A stretch of DNA of 64,000 bases from an uncultured Methanosarcinales archaeon (GTDB lineage Archaea; Nanobdellota; Nanobdellia; Woesearchaeales; DATDXC01): positions 63,949-127,948 of the forward strand of contig CAZDZV010000001.1 in assembly GCA_964510025.1 (NCBI GenBank), written 5' to 3'. Position 1 is the first letter of the stretch, and each line of letters opens with the position of its first letter. The notes under the pieces are model-generated. The model was not told where the DNA came from. It searched no databases and was given only the letters and a program-made list of their open reading frames with translations. Shown in pieces: positions 46,917 to 56,747 of the stretch. Made by a program: the position numbers and the translations under genes.

Positions 46917-48452
46917 TTAAAGAGGCATATTACCATGCTTCTTGGGCGGCCGCTTATCCCTTTTGTTAGCTATAATCTTGAGAATCCGAATGAGTGTCTT
47001 TCTTGTGTCTCTAGGCTCAATTATAGCATCCACCTTGTTCTGCGATGCTGCCAAATATGGATTCAGAAATTTTTCGGAGAATTCCCTTATCTTCTGGCTG
47101 CGCATTTTAGCAGGATTCTTAGACGAGCTGACCTCTTTTCTGTGAATAATCTTGACAGCCTGTTCTGCCCCCATAACAGCTATTTCCGCACTGGGCCAAG
47201 CAATAACCTTATCGTAACCCATCTCCTTTGATACCAGGGCGATATATGCGCCGCCGTATGCCTTTCTCATAACCAGACTTATCTTAGGCACTGTTGCTTC
47301 TGAATAAGCGTACAATATCTTTGCACCATGTCTAATTATGCCGTTATGCTCCTGGTCTGATCCAGGCAGATACCCTGTAACATCGACAAGGTTGATTAGC
47401 GGTATATTAAAGGCGTCACAGAACCTGACAAATCTGGATATCTTATCTGAACTGTCGATGTCAAGGCAGCCTGCGAGTACACAGGGCTGGTTTGCCACTA
47501 TCCCGACAACATCATTATTAAGCCTGGCAAAACCTACAACGACGTTTTGGGCATAATCTTTCTGTACCTCAAAAAATGAATTCTTGTCAAAGATCTCATT
47601 TACAACTTTTTTAACGTCATAACTTTTTCTGGAATCAGAGGGCACAATCTTTTCAAGCATCTCGTTGGTCCTCTCTGGATTATCGTTCATATTAATCAAT
47701 GGCGGATTTTCTAGATTATTGTTTGGTAGGTAGCTTAGCAATTTCTTGATTTTCAGTATACATGCCTTTTCGTCATCTGATATAAAATGTGCCACCCCAC
47801 TCTTGGAGCTATGAATCTGCGCTCCTCCCAGCCCGTTAAGGTCTATATTTTCCTTTGTAACGCTCTTCACAACATCAGGACCAGTAATGAACATATAACT
47901 TGTTTTGTTTACCATAAATGTAAAATCAGTAAGGCTCGGGCTGTATACCGCTATACCGGCACACGGCCCCATAATAGCTGAAATCTGAGGAACCACCCCG
48001 GATGCCAGCATGTTCTTTAGAAATATGGATCCGCCTCCATCCAAGCTGTTTATCCCTTCCTGGATCCTTGCTCCTCCGGAATCAAGAAGACCGACCACAG
48101 GCGCTCCATTCTTAAGGGCCAGTTCAAATATCTCCACTATTTTCTTGTTGTGCATCTCGCCCATGGAACCGCCCACAAACGAGAAATCCTGCGAGTATAC
48201 ATAAACAGGCCTATGGTTGATCGTCCCGTATCCGGTTACTACACCATCCCCTAATTTTTTTTTCTGTTGAAGGCTAAAATTTTGACTTTGCAGCTCTGCA
48301 AAGGCACCAATCTCGACAAAAGAGCCAGGGTCAACAAGCAACCCAATCCGTTCACGTGCGGTCAACTTGCCTTTCTGATGCTGTATCTTGATGGCACCTT
48401 CATCCTCAAGCGCCTTCACCTTTTTAGCAAATATTTTTGTCTTATCCGGCAT
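46917..48452 (-). CDS. Acyl-CoA carboxylase carboxyltransferase subunit (AccD/PccB-like)
   Basis: 511 aa with two crotonase-like halves. Motifs SMGEMHNKKIVEI and GGAYIAL are typical of PccB/MmdA. Confidence 0.85.
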   Translation of the reverse strand: MPDKTKIFAKKVKALEDEGAIKIQHQKGKLTARERIGLLVDPGSFVEIGAFAELQSQNFSLQQKKKLGDGVVTGYGTINHRPVYVYSQDFSFVGGSMGEMHNKKIVEIFELALKNGAPVVGLLDSGGARIQEGINSLDGGGSIFLKNMLASGVVPQISAIMGPCAGIAVYSPSLTDFTFMVNKTSYMFITGPDVVKSVTKENIDLNGLGGAQIHSSKSGVAHFISDDEKACILKIKKLLSYLPNNNLENPPLINMNDNPERTNEMLEKIVPSDSRKSYDVKKVVNEIFDKNSFFEVQKDYAQNVVVGFARLNNDVVGIVANQPCVLAGCLDIDSSDKISRFVRFCDAFNIPLINLVDVTGYLPGSDQEHNGIIRHGAKILYAYSEATVPKISLVMRKAYGGAYIALVSKEMGYDKVIAWPSAEIAVMGAEQAVKIIHRKEVSSSKNPAKMRSQKIREFSEKFLNPYLAASQNKVDAIIEPRDTRKTLIRILKIIANKRDKRPPKKHGNMPL

Positions 48453-48610
48453 TTTTATACAGGCTTCACAAATGCAGCTGTTTTTAAAAATGTTTTGATT
48501 GGCAAAATTCCGTAAGCTTTATAAATTGGCTAACGTTTCTCTGTTAAGATAGCCCGAGTTCATGTGAGCGTTTTTAGGGTTCCTATATTCTCGGCTATTA
48601 GGTGTAAATA

Positions 48611-49096
48611 ATGGAAGATACAAAAAAGGATTTCAAACATATTGTCAGGATCGCAAATACTGATTTAAAAGGAGAAAGGAATATTGAAATTGCCCTCAGG
48701 AGCATCAAAGGTGTTGATTTTATGTTCGCTAACATGGTCTGCGTGATGTCTGATATTGACCGAAACAAAAAGACAGGAGACCTAAACGCTGATGAGATTA
48801 AGAAATTAAATGAAATCATAAGCGATCCGTTGAAACATGGTGCTCCATTATGGATGCTTAATAGGAGAAAAGACTATCAAGACGGGAAGATGAAGCATAT
48901 AACCTCTGCGGATTTAACATTCACACAAGATAATGATATAAAAAGGATGAAAAAAATCAGAAGCTATAGGGGTGTCCGGCATTCTGTCGGACTTCCTGTA
49001 CGGGGCCAGAGAACAAAGGCCAACTTCAGGAAGAACAAAGGCAAGGTACATCTGGGCGTCAAGAAAAAAGCGGGCGCCAATTCTGGAAGGACATAA
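48611..49096 (+). CDS. rps13: Ribosomal protein uS13
   Basis: HIVRIANTDLKGERNIEIALRSIKGVD. Confidence 0.85.
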   Translation: MEDTKKDFKHIVRIANTDLKGERNIEIALRSIKGVDFMFANMVCVMSDIDRNKKTGDLNADEIKKLNEIISDPLKHGAPLWMLNRRKDYQDGKMKHITSADLTFTQDNDIKRMKKIRSYRGVRHSVGLPVRGQRTKANFRKNKGKVHLGVKKKAGANSGRT

Positions 49097-49098
49097 AA

Positions 49099-49677
49099 AT
49101 GGGAGATCCTAGAAGAAGAAGAAAAAAGTATGCAAAACCTATGCATCCATGGCAGAAAGAAAGAATCGATGCAGAAAGGATTTTCCTGAAAGAATATGGA
49201 CTTAAAAATAAGAAAGAAATTTGGAAGATGGATTCATTGCTGAGGAAATTCAAGAGACAGGCAAAAAGACTAATAAAGCTACCGAAGGAAAAGGCAAAAT
49301 CTGAAATTGATGGGCTTCTGAAAAAATTAGCTACACTGGGTTTAGTTGGTAAGAATCCGGGAATTGAAGATGTCTTAAGCATTGAACTTAAAGATCTTCT
49401 GGAGCGCAGACTGCAGACCATATTGCACAGAAAAAAACTGGCAGCTAGTGCAATTCAAGCACGCCAATTCATAACTCACATGCATGTCAGCGTTGGAGAG
49501 AGGGTCGTGAGCTCCCCCTCATACCTGGTTTCAATTGATGAAGAAAGCAAGATATCTTTCAGATCAGGCTCAGCACTTTTCAGTGAGGATCATCCAGAAA
49601 GAAAAGCAACTAAAGAAGATGATAAAAAGCACAATAAAGAAAAGGAGACCGTAACAAATGGTAAGGGAGAAAACTAG
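49099..49677 (+). CDS. rps4: Ribosomal protein uS4 (S4/S9e)
   Basis: [15 protein letters not shown] start. S4 domain. Confidence 0.85.
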   Translation: MGDPRRRRKKYAKPMHPWQKERIDAERIFLKEYGLKNKKEIWKMDSLLRKFKRQAKRLIKLPKEKAKSEIDGLLKKLATLGLVGKNPGIEDVLSIELKDLLERRLQTILHRKKLAASAIQARQFITHMHVSVGERVVSSPSYLVSIDEESKISFRSGSALFSEDHPERKATKEDDKKHNKEKETVTNGKGEN

Positions 49678-50056
49678 ATGGGGAATCGCACATATTTATG
49701 CTTCCTATAATAATACTATAATACATATAACAGATATGACAGGAACAGAAACAGTAGTGATCACCTCAGGTGGCCAGGTGGTAAAGTCAGACAGGATGGA
49801 AAGCTCGCCAACTGCAGCTATGATGGCTGCTAAGAAAGCTGCCGAAACTGCTAAAGAAAAAGGTATAAATGGAATACACGTAAAGATTAAGGCGCCTGGT
49901 GGGCATAATGGTCCCTCCAACCCTGGCCCGGGTGCACAAGCAGCAATTAGGGCATTATCAAGAATGGGACTGAGGATAGGTATTATTGAGGACGTCACCC
50001 CTGTACCACATGATGGCTGCAGGAAAAAAGGTGGCAGGAGAGGCAGAAGGGTATAA
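49658..50056 (+). CDS. rps11: Ribosomal protein uS11
   Basis: [19 protein letters not shown]...[11 protein letters not shown]. Confidence 0.85.
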   Translation: MVREKTRWGIAHIYASYNNTIIHITDMTGTETVVITSGGQVVKSDRMESSPTAAMMAAKKAAETAKEKGINGIHVKIKAPGGHNGPSNPGPGAQAAIRALSRMGLRIGIIEDVTPVPHDGCRKKGGRRGRRV

Positions 50057-50070
50057 AGAGGGGATTATGG

Positions 50071-50871
50071 ATGGAAATTAGGCTATTGGAAAAAAATGAT
50101 AAGGAAAATAAACTTTCTTTTGTATTAAAGGACTCTAAACCAGCATATGCAAATACATTAAGGAGAATTATGACAGGGGAAGTGCCTGTAATGGCTATCG
50201 AAAATGTCGAGATAAGAAAAAACAGCTCGATCCTGTATGACGAAATGATTGCCCACAGGCTAGGCCTAATACCATTAACTACTGATCTGAAATCCTATAA
50301 CTTACCATCTGAATGCAAATGTGAAGGCAAAGGATGCGCCAGATGCCAGTTGAAACTAAAGCTGAAGGCCAAAGAAGCCGGGATTGTCTATGCCTCTGAA
50401 ATCAAAAGCAAGGATCCTGCTATCAAATCTGCGTATCCCAAGATCCCTGTAGTGAAGCTGTTGAAAGGCCAGAATCTGGAGCTTGAAGCTACTGCACAAC
50501 TAGGAACAGGTGCTGTTCATGCAAAATGGAGTCCGGGACTGGTATATTACAACCAAAAACCAATAATTGAGATAGATAACAGTAAGATTGAGGATCCCCA
50601 AAAGTGTGCTGATATTTGCCCTATGGGCGTCTTTGAAGTTAAAGACAATAAGCTGGTTGTATCTAAAGATAAGATGATGGATTGCCACCTCTGCGAGGCC
50701 TGTTCAGACCTGTGCGGGAAGGATGCAATAAAGATTACTGCGTCCAATGATTTCATATTCCATATGGAATCCTGGGGCCAACTGGACTGTAAACAGATCT
50801 TTTTAGAATCCATCAACATATTTAACAAAAGCCTAGAAGAATTTATAGGTATATGTCAGGAACTCAAATAA
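50071..50871 (+). CDS. rpoD: DNA-directed RNA polymerase subunit D (Rpo3) with 4Fe-4S domain
   Basis: ANTLRRIM dimerisation motif. Inserted CxxCxxC..C ferredoxin-like domain. Confidence 0.85.
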   Translation: MEIRLLEKNDKENKLSFVLKDSKPAYANTLRRIMTGEVPVMAIENVEIRKNSSILYDEMIAHRLGLIPLTTDLKSYNLPSECKCEGKGCARCQLKLKLKAKEAGIVYASEIKSKDPAIKSAYPKIPVVKLLKGQNLELEATAQLGTGAVHAKWSPGLVYYNQKPIIEIDNSKIEDPQKCADICPMGVFEVKDNKLVVSKDKMMDCHLCEACSDLCGKDAIKITASNDFIFHMESWGQLDCKQIFLESINIFNKSLEEFIGICQELK

Positions 50872-50885
50872 GCATCCTTGTTAAC

Positions 50886-50969
50886 GCGAGGGTGCCGGAG
50901 TGGTCAAACGGGCACGGTTGAGGGCCGTGTGGCTTAGTGCCTGCGCGAGTTCAAACCTCGTCCCTCGCA
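50886..50969 (+). tRNA. tRNA-Leu (anticodon GAG), class II with long variable arm
   Basis: Acceptor GCGAGGG/CCCUCGC, anticodon stem CACGG/CCGUG with loop UUGAGGG, variable arm UGGCUUAGUGCCUGC, T-arm GCGAG-UUCAAAC-CUCGU. 84 nt. Confidence 0.75.
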
Positions 50970-50975
50970 TATAAA

Positions 50976-51341
50976 ATGACAAAAAGAACAGGACCATCAA
51001 ATCCAGTGCTGATCAGACTAGTTAATGATCTAAAAAAGGCCTCTATTGATCAGCAGGTCAACATATGGAAGAAGGTTGCATATAATTTAGAAAAGCCAAC
51101 CCGTGGCAGGAGGATAGTAAATCTATCAAAAATCAATAGGTTTACTAAAGAGAACGATATAATCATCGTCCCGGGGAAAGTGCTTGGATCAGGGATGCTG
51201 GATCATAAGCTTACAATATCAGCTTACCAGTTTTCAACAAGCGCACTTGAAAAAATAAGCAAGATAGGCGGGAAGATAGTACCGTTAACTGATCTCCTAA
51301 AAGAGAGTCCAAAGGGCAAAAAGATAAAGATAATAGGTTAA
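50976..51341 (+). CDS. rpl18e: Ribosomal protein eL18 (L18e)
   Basis: Start taken at MTKRTGPSNP. The ORF-track start at 50937 would overlap the tRNA. Confidence 0.8.
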   Translation: MTKRTGPSNPVLIRLVNDLKKASIDQQVNIWKKVAYNLEKPTRGRRIVNLSKINRFTKENDIIIVPGKVLGSGMLDHKLTISAYQFSTSALEKISKIGGKIVPLTDLLKESPKGKKIKIIG

Positions 51342-51342
51342 G

Positions 51343-51759
51343 ATGATCATTGACGCGACAAACTTAATATTGGGAAGATTGAGCAGCTATGCTGCTAAAA
51401 AAGCGATATTAGGTGAAAATGTCGATATAGTAAACTGTGAAAAGGCAATAGTGTCTGGAAGAAAGGATTTTTTAATAAAAAGATATGAAGATAGAAAAAA
51501 CAGAGGAACCCATAAAGGACCGTTTATGCCGAAACAACCTAACCTATTTGTCAGAAGGGCGATAAGAGGCATGCTTCCCTATAAAAAAGAGAAAGGCAAG
51601 GCAGCTTTCAAGAGGATTAAATGCCATATGGGTATCCCCGCATCAATAAAGGACAAGAAATTTCATCAGCTTAAGAATGCAGAAATCTCCAGGTTACCGA
51701 CATTAAATTTTATGCGCGTATCGGATATCTGTAGAAAAATGGGTGGAAAAATTGAGTAA
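51343..51759 (+). CDS. rpl13: Ribosomal protein uL13
   Basis: IIDATNLILGRLSSYAAKK. Confidence 0.85.
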   Translation: MIIDATNLILGRLSSYAAKKAILGENVDIVNCEKAIVSGRKDFLIKRYEDRKNRGTHKGPFMPKQPNLFVRRAIRGMLPYKKEKGKAAFKRIKCHMGIPASIKDKKFHQLKNAEISRLPTLNFMRVSDICRKMGGKIE

Positions 51760-52156
51760 GATAATAACTACATCCGGCAAGAGGAAGGGTGCTGTTGCTA
51801 GAGCTACACTTAAGAAGGGAAATGGCACAATAAAGATTAATAATGTATCTCTTGACTTGTATCAACCAAGAATTTATAGATTAAGGATAAGAGAACCCAT
51901 CTTGCTTGCAGAGAAGTCAATCAATGATATTGATATATTTGTAAAAGTAATGGGAGGGGGCATCTCCAGCCAAGCTGATGCGGCAAGATTAGCGATAGCA
52001 AAAGCTATTGTTGATTACTCAAAGAGCAATAAACTGAGAGATAAGTTTTTAAAATATGACAGAACATTATTGGTTGGGGATGTCAGAAGAAAGGAGACGC
52101 ATAAGCCTAACAGGCACGGTAAAGCAAGGGCAAAGGTTGCAAAAAGCTATAGGTGA
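51743..52156 (+). CDS. rps9: Ribosomal protein uS9
   Basis: C-terminal RRKETHKPNRHGKARAKVAKSYR. Confidence 0.85.
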   Translation: MEKLSKIITTSGKRKGAVARATLKKGNGTIKINNVSLDLYQPRIYRLRIREPILLAEKSINDIDIFVKVMGGGISSQADAARLAIAKAIVDYSKSNKLRDKFLKYDRTLLVGDVRRKETHKPNRHGKARAKVAKSYR

Positions 52157-52359
52157 TTAATATGATTATACCAGTAAGGTGTTTCTCGTGTGGGAAACCA
52201 GTAGGCCATCTTTGGGAAAAGTTCAAGGAAAAGATAGATAAGGGAGAAGACAGAAAAAAGGCCCTAGATGATATCGGGTTAGAAAGATATTGCTGTAGGG
52301 CACTGTTCATGGGACATGTTGATCTGATAGATCAGGCAGCTGTTTTCAAGAAATTCTAA
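52153..52359 (+). CDS. rpoN: DNA-directed RNA polymerase subunit N (Rpo10)
   Basis: MIIPVRCFSCGKPVG...CCR Zn-binding motif. 68 aa. Confidence 0.8.
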   Translation: MINMIIPVRCFSCGKPVGHLWEKFKEKIDKGEDRKKALDDIGLERYCCRALFMGHVDLIDQAAVFKKF

Positions 52360-52586
52360 AATAAGCATTGTCCTTTGCGGATTATGTTAGTAGCAGCCTT
52401 ATCCAGCACTGCAGGCTTTATGGATGATATGCTTGCACTAATATGGAACGGTTTTACGGCAGATATTAATTGTTAAGCATTCTTAGTCCGAATATTTATG
52501 GGAAATCAGCCTATTTAAAATGCAAAGCAGCTGTCTAGATGTTCTTGTCGAAACCATAAAAATTTTAAACGAATTCTGATTCCCAG

Positions 52587-55232
52587 ATGGGTATGGTTAA
52601 TTTTAACAAAATATCGAAGAAATGGCAGAAAAGGTGGGAAGATGCTGGTATATTCCATACCAAAGTCGATCCTAAGAAAAATAAGTTATATGTTCTTGAA
52701 ATGTACCCATACCCCAGCGGGTCTGGTTTGCATATGGGGCATGCACGCAACTATTGCATAGGGGATGCCTTTGCCAGATTCAAGAGGATGCGGGGATTTA
52801 ATGTTCTCTATCCAATGGGATATGACAGCTTTGGTTTGCCTGCTGAAAATGCTGCCATAAAAGCTAAATCTCATCCGAAGATATTCACTGAAAAAGCTAT
52901 AAAGAATTTCCAGAAACAGCAAAAAGCACTGGGCTTAAGCTATGACTGGAACAGGATGATTATGTCCCATGATCCTGCATACTACAGATGGGACCAATGG
53001 ATATTTCTCAAAATGTATGAAAAGGGTCTTGCCTACAAGAGGAAAGCTACGGTGAATTGGTGTCCAAAGTGCAATACGGTGCTGGCTAACGAGCAGGTAC
53101 ATAATGGAAAATGCTGGCGGCATACTGATACCCAAGTTGAGTTTAAAGAGCTAAACCAGTGGTTTTTAAAGATTACTGCCTACGCTGATGAGCTCCTGGA
53201 CGATATACCTAACCTTAACTGGAATGAGGATGTAAAGACAATGCAGAAAAACTGGATAGGAAAGAGTAAAGGAACCCTTATCCATTTTCCTGTCGTAGAT
53301 AAAGAAAAAACACTCACAGTTTTTACCACAAGACCGGACACATTTTTTGGAATCACCTTTTTGGTGTATGCGCCGGAGCATCCAGACGTGCTGCAGCTAG
53401 TGGAAGGCACAGAATATGAGCAGAAGGTCCGGGCATTCATCAGCAAAGTCATGGCGCAAGATAGATTTGATAGAACTGCGGAAGATAAAGAAAAAGAAGG
53501 TATGTTCATAGGACAGTATGCGATAAACCCCGTAACAAAGGAAAAAATCCCGATTTATATAGCAAATTTTGTCCTATACGAGTATGGGACCGGCGCTATT
53601 ATAGCGGTTCCTGCCCATGACCAAAGGGATTTTGAATTTGCCAAGAAATACAATCTTCCAATAAAGGTAGTGATAAACCCTCCGGACTACGATCTTAATG
53701 CTGACAAAATGGCAAGGGCATATATTGGAAGCGGCAACATGGTTAATTCTGCCCAATTTGATGGAATGAACAATATAGACGCAATAAATGAAATAACAAA
53801 ATTTCTGCAAGAGAAAGGCTACGGGAAATTTACCACACAATACAGACTCAGAGACTGGCTTATATCAAGGCAGAGATTCTGGGGCTGCCCTATTCCAATT
53901 GTCTATTGTGACAAATGCGGAACAGTTGCTGTAAATGAAAACGAGCTTCCAGTTAGGCTTCCGGATGACGTAAAATTCACCAGTGCCAAAAATCCCCTTA
54001 TTGAGCACGAAAATTTTGTAAATACTGATTGCCCAAAATGCGGAGGAAATGCGAAGAGAGAAACAGATACAATGGACACATTTATTGACTCTTCCTGGTA
54101 TTACCTAAGATACTGCGATCCTAATAACAACAGACAGGCTTTTAATCCTGAAAAGGCAGCCTACTGGATGCCAATAGACATGTACATAGGGGGAAAAGAG
54201 CATGCCACTATGCACCTCATATATTTCAGATTCTTCACCAAATTTCTGCGAGATATTGGAATGGTCAAAATTGATGAACCTGCTTTAAATCTGTTTAACC
54301 AGGGCATGCTCCATAAGAATGGGGTTGTTATGAGCAAAAGTAAGGGAAATGTCGTAACGCAGGAAGAGATCTCAGAGAAGTATGGTATAGATACTGCTCG
54401 TTTTTTCCTGCTTTTTGTCGCAGCACCGGATAAGGATATGGAATGGGATGACAAAGGAATCGAAGGCGCATATAGGTTCCTAAAAAAGCTCTATTATCTG
54501 GTTGACACAAAGGATAGAGTTAAGAAGGAAATAAAAATTCAGGAGACCAAGATTCACAAAACAGTGAAGGATGTGACTGAATATATAAATAATTTCAACT
54601 ATAACAAAGCCCTGATTAGGATAATGGAGACCGTAAATTACATCCATAATGAGGAGAAAATAAGCCAGGATATAATTGAAAAACTAATCTTGATTTTAAG
54701 CCCCTTCACCCCCCATATTTGTGAGGAACTTTGGGAGAGGATTGGCAGGAACGGTTTTGTATCGAATCATGAGTGGCCCGAGTATGACGAAGAGAAAATC
54801 GACACTACACTAGAAGCACAGGAAGGTATCATTGATCAGACATTGGCGGATATAAGATCTGTAATAGAGCTGGCAGACATTGAGCCGAAGAATATCACTT
54901 TGATCATGGCTTCTGCCTGGAAATATGATGTCTTTAGGAAGATCAAGGATAAATTAGAGAAAACAAGAAATATAAGTGAGATAATAAAAGACGTAAAGGA
55001 TGGAAAGCATGATAAGGAGATAGCACAATTCGTGCAGAAGGCTATTAAAAATCCAGCGAAATTGCCTGAATATATATTGTCCCCGGAAGAGGAGATTGAT
55101 GCTTTAAGCAGAGCTAAGGATAAGATATCGAGCATATTTAAATGTGATGTTGAAGTTAAAGTTGCCGAAGAATCAGAAAGTCCAAAAGCAAAGAGTGCGG
55201 CTCCTTACAAGCCTGCGATTGTGGTATCCTAA
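52587..55232 (+). CDS. leuS: Leucyl-tRNA synthetase (archaeal type)
   Basis: HMGHARNY (HIGH), KMSKS variant VMSKSKGN, CP1 editing domain. 881 aa. Confidence 0.9.
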   Translation: MGMVNFNKISKKWQKRWEDAGIFHTKVDPKKNKLYVLEMYPYPSGSGLHMGHARNYCIGDAFARFKRMRGFNVLYPMGYDSFGLPAENAAIKAKSHPKIFTEKAIKNFQKQQKALGLSYDWNRMIMSHDPAYYRWDQWIFLKMYEKGLAYKRKATVNWCPKCNTVLANEQVHNGKCWRHTDTQVEFKELNQWFLKITAYADELLDDIPNLNWNEDVKTMQKNWIGKSKGTLIHFPVVDKEKTLTVFTTRPDTFFGITFLVYAPEHPDVLQLVEGTEYEQKVRAFISKVMAQDRFDRTAEDKEKEGMFIGQYAINPVTKEKIPIYIANFVLYEYGTGAIIAVPAHDQRDFEFAKKYNLPIKVVINPPDYDLNADKMARAYIGSGNMVNSAQFDGMNNIDAINEITKFLQEKGYGKFTTQYRLRDWLISRQRFWGCPIPIVYCDKCGTVAVNENELPVRLPDDVKFTSAKNPLIEHENFVNTDCPKCGGNAKRETDTMDTFIDSSWYYLRYCDPNNNRQAFNPEKAAYWMPIDMYIGGKEHATMHLIYFRFFTKFLRDIGMVKIDEPALNLFNQGMLHKNGVVMSKSKGNVVTQEEISEKYGIDTARFFLLFVAAPDKDMEWDDKGIEGAYRFLKKLYYLVDTKDRVKKEIKIQETKIHKTVKDVTEYINNFNYNKALIRIMETVNYIHNEEKISQDIIEKLILILSPFTPHICEELWERIGRNGFVSNHEWPEYDEEKIDTTLEAQEGIIDQTLADIRSVIELADIEPKNITLIMASAWKYDVFRKIKDKLEKTRNISEIIKDVKDGKHDKEIAQFVQKAIKNPAKLPEYILSPEEEIDALSRAKDKISSIFKCDVEVKVAEESESPKAKSAAPYKPAIVVS

Positions 55233-56083
55233 AATTTCCAGAACAGCTTTTTTTTCGTACGATTAAGCAACTGCTTGAAACTGCCTTCTCTACCTGCGTA
55301 GAAGATAACGGACAAAATGATTACAAGCGGTATAGATATCCAGATAATCCGGCTCCACGGACTTTTATAACACCTATTGTTCCTGCATATGCTGTCCTGG
55401 CATTCATATCCATTAAAGCATTGTTTTCCTGCTTGTTTCCTATCGGTCCATCCCTGGTCTGAACAATACTCTGTTTCTGTGGTTGTTCCATATGATACAC
55501 ACTCATCGCCCTGCTGGCATCCCTGGATAGTCTCATATTTGCAGGAAGTTTCCTCGCATAAGTCGATTGTACATGGATTATCGTCCGCACATTCCTCATC
55601 GCTGATGCAGCCAGTGAGCTTCATGCATCGATTTCTTAGGCATCTATACCCACTGCTGCATCCGCAGTCGTAGCAACATAAATCTTTTGTCTCATTTTCC
55701 CCACAAATATCATCAAAATTACAGTCTTCGATAGTCCATGTCTGATCCAGGTCAACATCAAGAGGAGATTCCCCGGAACCGTAAAAATAATATTCTGCTT
55801 CATCATATTGATCATTTACAAGTATATTCTTAACCACCAGTTCAGATCTATCCGGTAGGGCATCTGCATCTTTCTCTTCCAATGTAGTCAAAAGCCTATT
55901 ATTAATCCTAAATTTTGCAGACTGTCCAGAAACCACGACCAATTCCACAACATATATGCCATTGTCAGTCTGGTAGGCTTTTGCCTCGCCCTCCTGCAAA
56001 GAATCCTTTACAAAAATACTGTGGCCAGCATAAGCAGGTAAGCAAAAGATGCATATGACAAATAAGCAAATAACCAGTTTCAT
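55229..56083 (-). CDS. Secreted Cys-rich protein with C-terminal TM anchor
   Basis: Signal peptide, then a roughly 110-aa block with more than 25 Cys (NPCTIDLC-like motifs also seen in the subtilase Cys-rich module), then a TM helix and a basic tail. Confidence 0.45.
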   Translation of the reverse strand: MKLVICLFVICIFCLPAYAGHSIFVKDSLQEGEAKAYQTDNGIYVVELVVVSGQSAKFRINNRLLTTLEEKDADALPDRSELVVKNILVNDQYDEAEYYFYGSGESPLDVDLDQTWTIEDCNFDDICGENETKDLCCYDCGCSSGYRCLRNRCMKLTGCISDEECADDNPCTIDLCEETSCKYETIQGCQQGDECVSYGTTTETEYCSDQGWTDRKQAGKQCFNGYECQDSICRNNRCYKSPWSRIIWISIPLVIILSVIFYAGREGSFKQLLNRTKKKLFWKF

Positions 56084-56128
56084 ATTAATACCATATGTTT
56101 ATTTTGATATTTAAAACTGTTGATTTTG

Positions 56129-56692
56129 TCATGCCGCCCCTCTGCTTTCTCCAAAATAAATCCCCTGTGCAATAATATGTGCAGAGCGGATCGGCTCAGG
56201 AATTAAGGAGCGGGTGCATGTGATTCTCAAAATCTCCTGCACATTGCCAATATCCGTTCCTTTAAACTGCACATATATCTTTCCGATCCTTACTGGGGGA
56301 CCTGCATTCTTTATAAATTCCATTTTGTTTTTCTTACCCAGATTATAGAGAGTCTTTTCGATTCTACCGATATCTGGTCTCCTTCTAATGACCACCACAA
56401 CAGGGATCCCTGTCTTTTCAAAGAGCTTTTTGATGTCTACTACATTGAATCCGCCTAAAGCAATCCCGTCCAGAAGTATGCATTGTAGCTGAGCCTTAAA
56501 TTTGGTGGTGTTAATCATGGTAATCAGCCTTGAGGTCGCATCATCTCCGTCGACAGTTATTTTTGTAGAAATCACTCCATCCAGCCAGGAGCCGCCGCGA
56601 AATATGGTCCCAATTACAAATATCTCTTTATCCTTAGAAAATTTATCAAAAGGAGAATCATCTATGCCTACGACCCTTATTTCTTTCTTCAT
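56129..56692 (-). CDS. DUF99/UPF0215 family protein
   Basis: RVVGIDDSPF N-terminal signature of the archaeal DUF99 family. 187 aa. Confidence 0.5.
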   Translation of the reverse strand: MKKEIRVVGIDDSPFDKFSKDKEIFVIGTIFRGGSWLDGVISTKITVDGDDATSRLITMINTTKFKAQLQCILLDGIALGGFNVVDIKKLFEKTGIPVVVVIRRRPDIGRIEKTLYNLGKKNKMEFIKNAGPPVRIGKIYVQFKGTDIGNVQEILRITCTRSLIPEPIRSAHIIAQGIYFGESRGAA

Positions 56693-56747
56693 TGGATTAT
56701 ACTATTATAGCAATATTTAAATATTTACCTGAGTTATTAAGACAGAT

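Noticed and set aside
52360-52586. 227-bp gap between rpoN and leuS screened for a C/D-box sRNA
   Set aside because: GGAUGAUA and a distal CUGA occur, but the C box is not canonical (UGAUGA is absent) and no guide complementarity could be established by eye.
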